From: Ruditapes philippinarum
Lineage: Eukaryota
NCBI RefSeq assembly: GCF_026571515.1
Contig: NW_026858416.1
Coordinates: 62,001-126,000, forward strand
Direction of reading: 5' to 3'
DNA: 64,000 nt
Below, one piece after another: positions 39,182 to 50,497 of this stretch (position 1 is its first letter; every line of letters starts with the position of its first letter). A program made the position numbers and the translations under genes. The notes below the pieces were generated by a model, which searched no databases, was not told the origin of the DNA, and saw only the letters and a list, made by a program, of their open reading frames with translations.

Positions 39182-40887
39182 ATGGCAACATATAAGCATG
39201 ATCCAAAAACTGAAGATGTATTAGATTCAAGTGAAGATGAGGAGGACAATTCCAGTAGGTTTGCTTCAGTGGACATATGTCTTCAGTGCGTTCAAATGAA
39301 ACTAGCAGACCGTCAATTTCAAGTTTCTTCACTGTCAATGGTTCTAATGATAAAGAAAGCAATGTTTACAGTGAAATAGAAGATGCTGATGCTATTGATA
39401 AAACAGATCATCAGCCTTTCATTGGTCACGTAAATAGAACGGAGGTGGATATAATTAAAGAGAAAAAATGAAAAACTATTTCTGCAGAACCTGCAGATAC
39501 GGACGTCAATATATGTGTTATGTTTGTCTTGAAGGTCACGACGATTGGATTGATGGCCATGATGTTGTCATATTATCGGTGGATATTGAAGGGTATGTTT
39601 TGTTAATTTAAGTATCATTTCATGACTGATATTCTGTAAAGATTGTTTACGTTATTCTCTTCTGTCAAGGATATCCATGATGTTTTGAAAACCTTTATTT
39701 CATCAATGCCTCACGCTGTTTTGGGTATGAATGTAATTCACAATTTTAATGAAACACTAGTCATTAATAATTCATTAAGACGCACATTTATCTTCAGTTT
39801 TTTTTGTAGAATGATTACTTCTATAACGGTATTAAACTCTTTTTTCAGAAATTTGGGCCAACAGCCCGAAGAGTTAGATAAATTAGGAATGAGCAAAGAA
39901 GCAAAGTTCAACAATCATAGGACGTCAAAATTCTCTCGACAACCTTTAAATGTTGACAGTGATGAACATGATGATGAGAACGAAGGACAGAATACTGAAA
40001 ATGCAATGCCTCCCTATAAAGAGGGTCAAGCTATCAGCAAGAGATTTTACAAGGACGAGTTATATCCAAGCATAGCACACGAGCTCAGAACAAAGCAGCG
40101 TTGTAGAACTGACGGTCATCTTCAAAAGTACGGAATGTACTCGATACGAACGAGTTCTGATACAAAGACATGTGCTATTACAGGGATAGTTCAGCTTAAG
40201 AATGAAAAGATGTTACTAGCTGACTCTGAAAACTGTAATCTTAAAATTCTGAATGAAGAAACTTTTAAGATTATTGTTTCTCGTGAACTACCTAGTAATC
40301 CATACTTAATGTCCTTCGCTAAAGAAAACAAGGTTATCATCGCATGTATAAACTCCGAGTTTTACTTAGTCGATTTCGCGGACGACAAAGACATTCAGAA
40401 ATTGTTTGAAATCAAACATTTGTTTAAATGTATTGCTTTTGCTAGAGATGAAGTATGGGGATGCACTTCTGACACAATTGAGGTATATAGCCTTACAGGC
40501 GCAGAAATCTCAAAGTTTAAACCAACAGGTGTTACCAATATTGAGGACATGTGTGTAAGCAAAGAAGGAGACATTATTTACTGTGCTGACGAGAAGAAAG
40601 GTATAGTTGCTATTAACAAACATGGAACTGTTGTAGATATCATATCGGAAAATTTATGTAAACCTCATCGAGTGTGTCTTAGTCCAGAAGGCTACATTTT
40701 TGTGACCGAGAAAAATACTGACAGAGTAATGAAAGTGGATATACAGCGAAAGGATGCGATACAAATTGGACGAGAAGATGTGTATACAAACAACAGCCCT
40801 ATTTCTTTGTGTCATGAGAAGACAAACAATAGACTTATAGTTGCTTTGTGGCAAAGTGACAAAATTCATGTTTATACTTGCCCATGA
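39182..40887 (+). pseudogene. Paralogue C: exon 1 39182-39592 disrupted; exon 2 39849-40887 intact
   Basis: Relative to B: a 4-bp deletion at ~39270, +1 A at ~39465, and a 32-bp deletion at ~39480 removing the first CxxC of the B-box. Exon 2 is open with a full propeller. Confidence 0.8.
39849..40887 (+). CDS. Intact linker + six-bladed NHL-like beta-propeller exon of paralogue C
   Basis: Blades begin ITGIVQL..LLADSEN, PYLMSF, FKCIAF, IEDMCVSKEGDIIYCAD, PHRVCLSPEGYIFVTE and PISLCH..RLIVALWQSDKIHVY. Confidence 0.65.
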
Positions 40888-41966
40888 TATATTTGAAGGA
40901 TTGACAGTATAGACAATATCTAAAGATATAAATATATTTAAATATAATAACAAAAGCTAACACTTCCTTGTTTATTTCTATATGTTTAAAAGTATTTGAG
41001 GCGAAAGAAGTATTTTAGATAATCCAAGATTGGAAACTTAATGTATATTTAACATTGATTGTTTAATATATAATTCACTTGCTTTTTGTGACTTCACATT
41101 ATAAGAGTTTGAGAAAAAAATATTTGTAAAATGTAAAATGTCGATTAATATGTAATATGCAGTACAAAATTCTTTTAAGCTCCTTCTCGATGTTTTTAGT
41201 TCAGCAAGTACTATTTAATCTGTTTAAATTTAGCTAATACATGTATCTGTTTTTAAAGTGTAACGAATTAACGAGTCAACAAAGACTACTTTGGAATGTA
41301 TTCAGACTTTATTGAGGTTCAATGTGTTATCAAACTACCATTCTGTTAATCATGTGTCTGTTTAACATTTCGTAAAGTAGATATAATAGTCATTGTAACC
41401 TTATGTATAATTGATAAAGTTTATCATATTTGTTTGCTGTTTCGTTCAATATCATACAGTCAAGTAAAGAGTTGATTGATTGAAGTTATATCTAAGGTCG
41501 TTTTAAATGTATAACACTGACAATTTACTGGCAATATATATGTTTTATGGTGAATCGAAATTACCTTCAAAACATGCTGTTAAGACAATTCTGATATATT
41601 TTGTTTGAGTTAAGACTCGTTTTTTTTCTGAATAAATCTAATCGACTGCTTTATATTTTGGAAAGAAAATATATTTAATTTAGGTAACTGAAGTTTAGTC
41701 CTTCTTCACTAGCCTTGATATTACTGGTACAAATTAATGTTTGTTGTTGGTATATATTAAGTATCTAATGAAATAAAAGAAATTGAAACGCTTTTACATC
41801 TTGTGGATGAGTACATTAATTAAAGCAATTAATTATTGCATTGTAAGGCGGAGATTATTTTCTGAGAATCAGGTCATAATAGCCGTACTTAAAATTTGTG
41901 AAATAATGGTAAACAAACTATGATACATGATTAAGGTTAGTGAACACACAAAGGTGAATGAAATAA

Positions 41967-42254
41967 CTTTAGATATAAAAAAGTAAAAAGTAATTGCATT
42001 TTATAGTCTAAGTTTCATGCTGACGCACGTTCACCGACTTTACAGCTATTACCCCTGGTCATAGGGCTACTGGTATCTATCTATCAATCTCCCTGGGGAG
42101 TCCTTTAACTCCTCTTAGTGCAGCCGGCACTTGGCGCAACGGAATTATACCACCCTCGCAGGTACCCATTTACACCTGGGTGAAGTGAAGCAATCGCAGG
42201 TAAATTTCTTGCTCAAGGAAATTAGCAGTGCCCCTGGTGGGGTTCGAACCCGGG
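41967..42254 (-). mobile_element. 5'-truncated tRNA-derived SINE (CORE-like middle), absent from duplicate B
   Basis: Minus strand: Pol III B-box GGTTCGAACCC, then ccttgagcaag...cccaggtgtaaatgggtacc, and a tail ttactttttacttttt. The empty site is at ~34140. Confidence 0.7.
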
Positions 42255-42672
42255 ATATCTCAATGATTTTTGTTAAAACGTGTCCTTACAAATGAAATTG
42301 TATTATATTTGTATTTATCGTAATCAGAAACTTAAATTTGCGTCATTTTTTCTACAATTCCATATTTGTATCATAATTATAAAGAAAGATAATTGATAAT
42401 TTTATATTGCAGTTTCTGAAACTCAGTTTACTTTGCTGATGATTGATGTCTTTTTTCTGTTTGTTGTTGTTGTTGTTGAATCTTTTAGCCCTTTGTCTGG
42501 GTTGTTTTTGATACCCTTTTTAAATAATAAGAATAACATTCAGAATTCCTTGAGATATATCACACCCATTCTCTTTAAATTGCATTACTTATTTGTTGTG
42601 GAATTATCTTCATTATGTTCTGTTACATATATGTCCTTATAACACGTCTTTTTATATGCGCATATATATTTC

Positions 42673-42915
42673 ATATGAGCCGTGCCACGACAAAACCAAC
42701 ATAATGGGTTTGCGACTAGCATGGATCCAGACCAGCCTGCGCATCCGCGCAGTCTGATCAGGATCCATGCTGTTCGCTTACTAACCCTATAACAAGTAGA
42801 GAAACTGATAGCGAACAGCATGGATCCTGATCAGATTGCGCGGATGCGCAGGCTGGTCTGGATCCATGCTAGTCGCAAACCCATTATGTTGGTTTTGTCG
42901 TGACACGGCTCATAT
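42673..42915. mobile_element. Palindromic foldback MITE
   Basis: ~105-bp near-perfect inverted arms ATATGAGCCGTG...TGTTCGCT / AGCGAACA...CACGGCTCATAT around a ~30-bp spacer. The empty site tcatataaaa at ~34577 is consistent with a TA or ATAT TSD. Confidence 0.9.
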
Positions 42916-44571
42916 AAAATATGGTTTTATCAATGTGCTGTACGCTTATGAACCAATAATAAATAAATATTAAGAGTTTTTGAAAAGCAATTACAATTAC
43001 TGGTTCTCCGCGTTACATCGTTTAGAGGAGAACCATTGTCTAACTGTAACGGATTACATGGCTTGAATGTATTCAAGCATACATGTGTATTTCATACACG
43101 GGTATATATACCCGCGGCAGAGTATAAAAATCAGTTCTAAGATTCTGTTAAAGACATAATTAAGCAAACTGGTTTATAAGGAAAAAAATACAAAGTTAGT
43201 AAAAAAAAATATTGAATGTATAGTTTTATTTCAAGTTTGTATATTTTGAACAGAACTTGTATTTTGATTAAGGAAAATTTATTGATATGTATATATTTGA
43301 TATATATGTTAGCATGTCTGAGCACGGTCCGTTATTCAATATTCCGAGGAATAGTCTGAGGAGGTTTACTTTTGTGTTTCCTCTGTGCATGCCCACGGAT
43401 TCTACGGTTCCTCTCACAAAAAGATAAAAGGGGTTTTACGCAGGCGGCAGACTATACGATCGAACCTGTTTAGTTTTGTTTATTTTACATTTTATCACGA
43501 AATGTCTTGGGTATAGTACAACAGATTTGATCGTGATATGCTTTAAACATATGTATTTCTCATTGTGATATATCCTCCTGTTATAACGATCTCGTAATAA
43601 AATAACCTCGCTACAATGCACAACATAGTTGTTTGTTTATTGAACGTTAGAGTAAGACCGTAAATTTTAAAATTTATTACAAATTTATATTAATTGTACG
43701 AGTATTTGTCTTTTTTAAGAAAGTTTTGTACTCAGTCTGGATAAGTTCTAGCAATTTATTATTAATTAATAATTAATTAATATATGCTATTAAATTAGCA
43801 TTACCGTTTTAAATAAATAGCTGCAAAAGGCTTAAATGGAGATATTTTTCAAAACTTTAGATAATGTGTATGCGCATTCCAATTTTCTTCGCTTTGGTCA
43901 ATGCATATTGACAACATCGATTATAATATTATAAAATTCATTTCTGTTAATAAAAAATGCAATCGGTCTTTATCATAATTTATGTCATGATCATAATTCA
44001 TTGTAATTTAACACTTATTTACGTCATGTTATTCTCATTACTTTACATTGATAACATGATATCATTATTTATAACTTGTTTTCCTATGGTTTAGATTTGC
44101 AGGAAGTAATATTGTTTTATTTCATTTAATAGATCTTAGGGAAAACGCTTCTAAATATACACATGCAGTTTTATCAAACCCTGAAACGTTCAATTATTTC
44201 TCACTGGTGTTTCATGGTGACAGTGAAAACATATTTAATTGCAAAACAAATTCCGTGAAATGTATACAAATGACATGTTAATGACTATCATAGAATATCA
44301 ACAAGTTAACCAACGTACATGGTAACTGAAAAACTGTGGAAGGTAATGTGTAGAGGGTCGCTAAACTCAACCATAACACTGTTCATAAGTTGAAGTAGAC
44401 TTTCACAATATAAGATCAAGGAGTACGGTCGAAATTGGTGGAAATGGGAAAAAATCTGACATTATACATATGAATGTCAAAAAGATATACCATATTTTTG
44501 TACTTGGCATTGTAATAAGGTCGAGACAACCTTCTAAGTTATGCAATTAGATTTTGAAATACCCCCTCTCA

Positions 44572-44598
44572 CAACACACACACATGCACGCAGGCACG

Positions 44599-44630
<32 letters not shown>

Positions 44631-44636
44631 CACACC

Positions 44637-44670
<34 letters not shown>
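44572..44670. repeat. (CA)n microsatellite
   Basis: Long interrupted CA tract; only cacacaca remains at the homologous B site ~36275. Confidence 0.95.
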
Positions 44671-44673
<3 letters not shown>

Positions 44674-45850
44674 TTCCAAAGACATCCAGCTACACAGGAC
44701 CACGGAAATAACAACAGTTTGGCACCAAACAAGTTTAGTAATGGCGTAGGGATTGAAAAGAAAACATTTATCTTTTTAGATATCAGAACTTTATCCTTTG
44801 TCATAATTATGTTATCATCAACTGTAAGCTATAATTTGTCAATCTGCAACTTGGCATACTGTAATTTAGTGCTATTTAGATACACGAATAAGAACAATTG
44901 TGTACTTCTATTGTTTAGTACTGCACACTTTAAAACATGACCTACAAAACTAACGAACGGTCAATTTACAAAATACTAAACAAATGTCATATTAACTATG
45001 ATAGACATTCAGAGACAAAATTGTTGTACATTTTTATTTGACTGCAATCTACAAATACTGTGAACATTTATTCTATTTCCTTGTCATCGTTTATTTAATC
45101 CCATTGCTTTACCTCTAAGTATATTTTGTAGGACAATGCATTTTCCGTTTTTAACTTTGATCAGTATCTTGTCTAAATGACTATGTAAAAGGAAATTTAA
45201 TCATTATGTTGTATTTTTTTTAAATAATACAAAGTGTACTCAAAACCGGGTCATATTATTATGGCTTTATTTATCATCATTTCAGATTTTCAATTTTAAG
45301 AAAGTTTTCATACAAAATGTCAAGACGTTTTCATTCCTGCGAAACTGTTTTAAGTTGAAATAGATGGATATTTCTTGAAACATTTTTTTTTTCAACTTTT
45401 TTTGGGGATATATTCTGCTTATAGGCCCAGAGGTGTTCTTTAACAATGTGAAGTAAATCAGGTCGTTGCTTTTTTCTCCAGATCCTTTCAACTAGTATAT
45501 GTATATGTGTGCATTTTTTTAACGAACTTTTACTTCATTGGGATTTTTTATTTAATATTTTACTTATTTTTTTTGCATATAATCGTCTTACTTCATTTCT
45601 TTTTATGGTTTATAGAATACTTCAATAGCAAAATAAACATTTCAAGTGTTTTATTGAATTTATCGTCTTTATAACTTATCTGCATAGTGCCGTGACATAA
45701 TCAGAATTATTTATTATCTCGTTATCAGTCTGAAATGTAATGTTATACTGTTGTACTGTTATTATGTACAAATAAAAGGGTACTTTAGACTCATATTGAC
45801 AATTTATGTTATGAACATTTAAAAATAAATATGGATATTTTCTCATACTT

Positions 45851-46124
45851 GGGGCGTCCGTGGTCGATGGTTAAGGTCGTTGACTTCAAACCACTTGCCC
45901 CTCACCACTGTGGGTTCGAATCCCGACAGGGACTTGGGATTCTTTTATGTGAGGAAGCTATCCAGCTGGCTTACGGAACGTCGGTGGTTCTACTCAGGTG
46001 CCCGTTCGTGCCTGAAATAATGCAGGGAGGGCACCTGAGGTCTTCCTCCAATAGTAAAGCTGAAACGTCGCCAAATGACCTATACTGTGTCAGTGTGACA
46101 TAAAACCCAAACAAAACAAACAAA
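45851..46124 (+). mobile_element. Full-length tRNA-derived SINE with 11-bp TSD
   Basis: A-box-like gtggtcgatggttaagg, B-box GGTTCGAATCCC and (CAAA)n tail. TSD TTCTCATACTT at 45840-45850 and 46125-46135; a single copy is at the empty site ~37523. Confidence 0.9.
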
Positions 46125-46739
46125 TTCTCATACTTATACCCATTACTCTATAAATAAATAAAGGCCTTAAAAATAACTGAATGCTATAACTATAAATAAA
46201 TAACATTTTAAATGTTGAATAAAGCGCAACTTGTAACAAATAATATTTCAAGACCAACTCATTTAATTATTACATGAAAAACAGTAATTTAAAAGCGTTT
46301 TTAAGACCAAGATTCAGATGCTATTGATTTTTCAAAAGGAAGCTGTTATATCATTGCTATAAACTCGAACAGTAAGCATGTATTTAGAACTAAGTGGAAA
46401 TAATGTTTTAGTTTTATGACCTCATGAATACAATTTAAACTACATAAAAAAACAGCAGGTGCTATGGCGAATATCATATTTAAAGGACCTAGATCCACGT
46501 TCAATAGTCTATATTCGGACATGCAATTTGTTAATTATTTATATTAAGTCTTAAGAAATTTCGTAAAAAGAACCTAGTAGATTGTATAAGTTAAGAGGAT
46601 CTTCTTCACTGCTATATAAGACTGAACGGCACAGAGATTTAACTCAAAAAAAATAAGAGTAACTACTCCACGTTCAATAGTCGCTATTCGGACCTGCGAT
46701 TTGCTCTTTATTTATATAAAGTCTTAAGAAATTTCGTGA

Positions 46740-47741
46740 AAAAAATAAACATTTTCTCGTGTCAACTGTTGAAAAACCATTCGACCAATATCGTTGCAAA
46801 TTCGATTTTGTACAACTTTGGAAAGTCTTCTTTGAACATTAAAAGGCCTTAAGCCCAAACCAAAGTATTATGTCCAGGAGATTTCCGCGTAGCTTTGTAA
46901 TTTTTTGCACCGGCGATTTGTTCTTTCTCTATATAAACTTCGGAAAAAAACATTCTCACGAGCCTACCGTTCAAAAACCATTGACCAATTCCAATGCAAA
47001 TTCGATTTTGTACACTTTAAGAGGATCTTCTTTGTACATTAAAAAGGCCTAAATCCCTAACCCAAGCAACATGTCCAAGAGATTTCCGCGTGGCTTGGTC
47101 ATTTTTTGAATCAGCGATTTGTTCTTTCTCAATATAAATTTCGGGAAAATCATCACCTTTACGAGCCTTCTGTTCAAAAATAATTTGCCAAATTCCGTTG
47201 CAAATTCGATTTTTTACAACGTTGGAGGGTTTTCTTTGAACATTATAAGGCCTAAAGCTCTAACCAAAGTAATTTGTCAATGAGATTTACGCGTGGCTTG
47301 GTCATTTATTGCACCACGTTTTGTTCTTTCTGTACATAAAGTTCAGGAAAAAAACATCATTTTCACGAGCCTACCGTCAAAAACAATTTGACCAATTCCA
47401 ATGCAAATTCGATTTTGTACAACTTTAGATGGTCATCTTTGCACATAAAAAGGCCTAAAGCCCTATCCCATGCAATACGTCCAGGAGATTTCCGCGTGGC
47501 TTGGTCAAATATTTTTTGGACCGGCGATTTGTTCTTTTTCTATATAAATTCAGGAAAAACATCATTTTTACGAGCCTACCATTCAAAAGCCATTTGACCA
47601 ATTCCGTTGCAAATTCGATTTTGTACATCTTTGGAGAGTCTTCTTTGAACATTAAAAGACCTAAAGCCCTAACCCAAGTAATATGTCCAGGAGTTTTCCA
47701 CGTGGCTTTGTCATTTGTTTGCACCGGCGATTTGTTCTTTA
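46740..47741. repeat. Five ~203-bp tandem repeat units (satellite-like/TE-internal array)
   Basis: GCAAATTCGATTTT recurs at ~46797, 46997, 47200, 47403 and 47609, with conserved aggcctaaagccctaacc and gatttccgcgtggcttgg. Confidence 0.9.
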
Positions 47742-49194
47742 ATTAGTTCCCTGTAACAAAGACAGGTGGTCGTTTTGAAAGAAATCGGAAATTTCTATAT
47801 TACATGCATTATTTAGAATACCCGACAAGAAGACAGGATAAAAGACGCAACGATAAAAGAAATATTGCTATACAAATCTTCTTTATCAAGTAAACTACTA
47901 TCACCGTTTCTAAAACTTATTGTTCTTAGCATATAAACATGACATTTACATTTTCTTGAATGTGTTTATCGGTTCAATTTCAAATTTGCGTGTCCTTTAT
48001 TAAGTTTTCCACAATGAGAGCGCTTAAGAAGTAACGATTAAAGAAAGATTTTTTTGTATGTTTCACATCAATATCATGTCAACGTAATGCCAATAAGATA
48101 GAGTTTGGTCGCTTTAATGAAGCGACATAACAGAATGGCTTTAAAGTAACAATCAAAGAAAACAAATTAAACCATTTCAATTCACGCCCTTAAATTATGT
48201 GTTATTCCTTTATTTTTATATTTCTTAGCTGAATAAGGATTGAAAGGTACTTCCGAGTAATGCTTACATAAAAATAACTTCATAATTAAATATATATCTA
48301 TATTCTGGCCACGTTATTGCGTTGAAAGTTGAAAGTTTACGTTCTTTTTCGAACAATTGTGTACATCTCACAGAATGCAGTATTTTATGAAACCATATCA
48401 GGGCAACAAAATCTGGATAGAGTAAATACTGCAGATAATGTTGATTATATATTGTTACGAAAATGCAATTATTGAATCTAATATTGATTGTAATATATGC
48501 TTTTGACTTGCATAAATTTCACTAAGCGTTGTTATCATTCATTTGATGATAATTATTGAAAAAAATAAATTTAACAAAATAACAGGATACATGTATTATA
48601 AAATTACAGGGCAAAAAAAACATGGTATTTCAGTGCGCTATCACTTGTAAATAAAGTACATCTTAAAGGACCTGAATACGATTCAAGAATCCTAAAAGGG
48701 TTTTTTTATTGTTAATTATGTCATTGTTAAACATCTATGGTGAATGGTCTAAAGGATATCTTCTCTATAATCCGTTTACAATGACAGTCTTTGACAGTTA
48801 AGATTCCTTTTAACTTAATGTGGATAAAGCAGACGTAAGCTTATCTTCATAGAATAATATTTAACAATAAGATCGAGTTTCAAATTTTGTTGCACTAAAA
48901 CTATATAAAAGTGCAAAAGTACTAAAAGTATATAAATAAAAGTATTGACTGACAATATGTATGTGTCATATTCTTAACACGGTCTTACAAACATTTGAAT
49001 CGGCAAACCAAATAGGTGATTTATTAAGATAAGTATATAAATACATGTTATAATAAATATGTTATTATTTTAAATGAGTTTCAGTGTTAATTGAAAACCT
49101 TTGTAGAATTAACAAACGAAAATGAACTAGGAATTAAAAATGAAATACCTAATTTGAATAAATACCGTATTCTTTATAAATTTACACATCACAA

Positions 49195-50497
49195 TTTGCT
49201 GTGTTTTATATCATCATTCAGATAAAGTTTCAAAGCAGCCCACAACAAAAACAGATTGAAAACTGAAAACTTATTATTGAGGAAATAGTGTATTTGAAAT
49301 TTGCAAAAGCAGATATTTTCTAATAGATGTCTCTGCATATGATAAATTGGGTGCTGATTTTAATTTCTAACAAAACAAAGACAATACCAAGAAAAGGTTT
49401 CTGTTTTAAATTAAATTATTGGATTTCTTAAAGAGTAGAAATCTATAATTTTGTTGTATGTAATTTGATAAGAAATTTTCTTATTCTTGATTTCAAAAAT
49501 CATTACTAAGTACATTGATCAACGAATACTGTTTATGAATTTGATAACAGATAGTGGGGCATATCCGTAATTTGCTTATCAATTTTGTCTATTAATTGTT
49601 ATTGGCATTAAATAACAGAAACATTGTTTGCTAAAGATATCACATATGACCATAATTTTATGCACAGTTTTATTGTTGTTGTTTTCTTTTTTCAATTTGG
49701 AGCATATTTCGTCAGTTTTAAATTATAATATTATACCTACAATGTAAAGATCATTATGCAACTCTTTACATGTTTTTGTGTATTTGTGGTGAAACCCTAC
49801 ATGCTAACATATTTCAAAACATTAAAAATTATACAATCATACATGATTTGTTAAGGATATATTCGTTTTAATAAATCATACAAAATGGGACATCTTTTTT
49901 TAACTGCAACAAAATCTTCAACAATACGGATATTTATACAGATATAAATCGAAGCAATTTACTTCCACATAATTCGATGTGATTTATTGACATTGCTTTA
50001 AAAGAAGACAATACGGTTTTATGAAATGTCAAAAAATGTTGAAAAAAAATTTGCTGTGTTTTATATCATCATTCAAATAAGGTTTCAAAACAGCCCACAG
50101 CAAAAACAGATTGAAAAGATAACGAAACGTCTTCCATTGACATAGAGATTCTGATCTATGATTAAATTGAGGAAATAGTGTATTTGAAATTTGCAAAAGC
50201 AGATATTTTATAATAGATGTCTCTGCATATGATAAATTGGGTGCTAAATTTAAATTCTAACAAAACAAAGACAATACCAAGAAAAGGATTCTGTTATAAA
50301 TTAAATTATTAGATTTCTTAAAGAGTAGAAATCTATAATTTTCTTTTTGTAATTTGATAAGAAATTTTCTTATTCTTGATTTCAAAAATCATTACTAAGT
50401 ACATTGATCAACGAATACTGTTTATGAATTTTATAACAGATAGTGGGGCATATCCGTAATTTGCTTATCAATTTTGTCTATTAATTGTTATTGGCAT
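49195..50497 (+). repeat. Local direct duplication (~410 bp at 49195-49608, again at 50050-50497)
   Basis: Near-identical tttgctgtgttttatatcatcattca...attaattgttattggcat; the second copy has ~35 extra bp. Confidence 0.9.

Noticed and set aside
42585-42821. 78-aa ORF across the palindrome
   Set aside because: Lies within a non-coding foldback MITE.
44547-44940. His/Thr-rich and Cys/Val-rich ORFs
   Set aside because: Translations of the (CA)n microsatellite; the homologous B region is not open.
45851-45935. tRNA gene
   Set aside because: Pol III A/B boxes are present, but they continue into a SINE body and tail bounded by a TSD; no proper cloverleaf.
46740-47741. CRISPR-like periodicity
   Set aside because: Whole ~203-bp units repeat with no unique spacers, there are no cas genes, and the context is eukaryotic. 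The same applies to 29085-29930.
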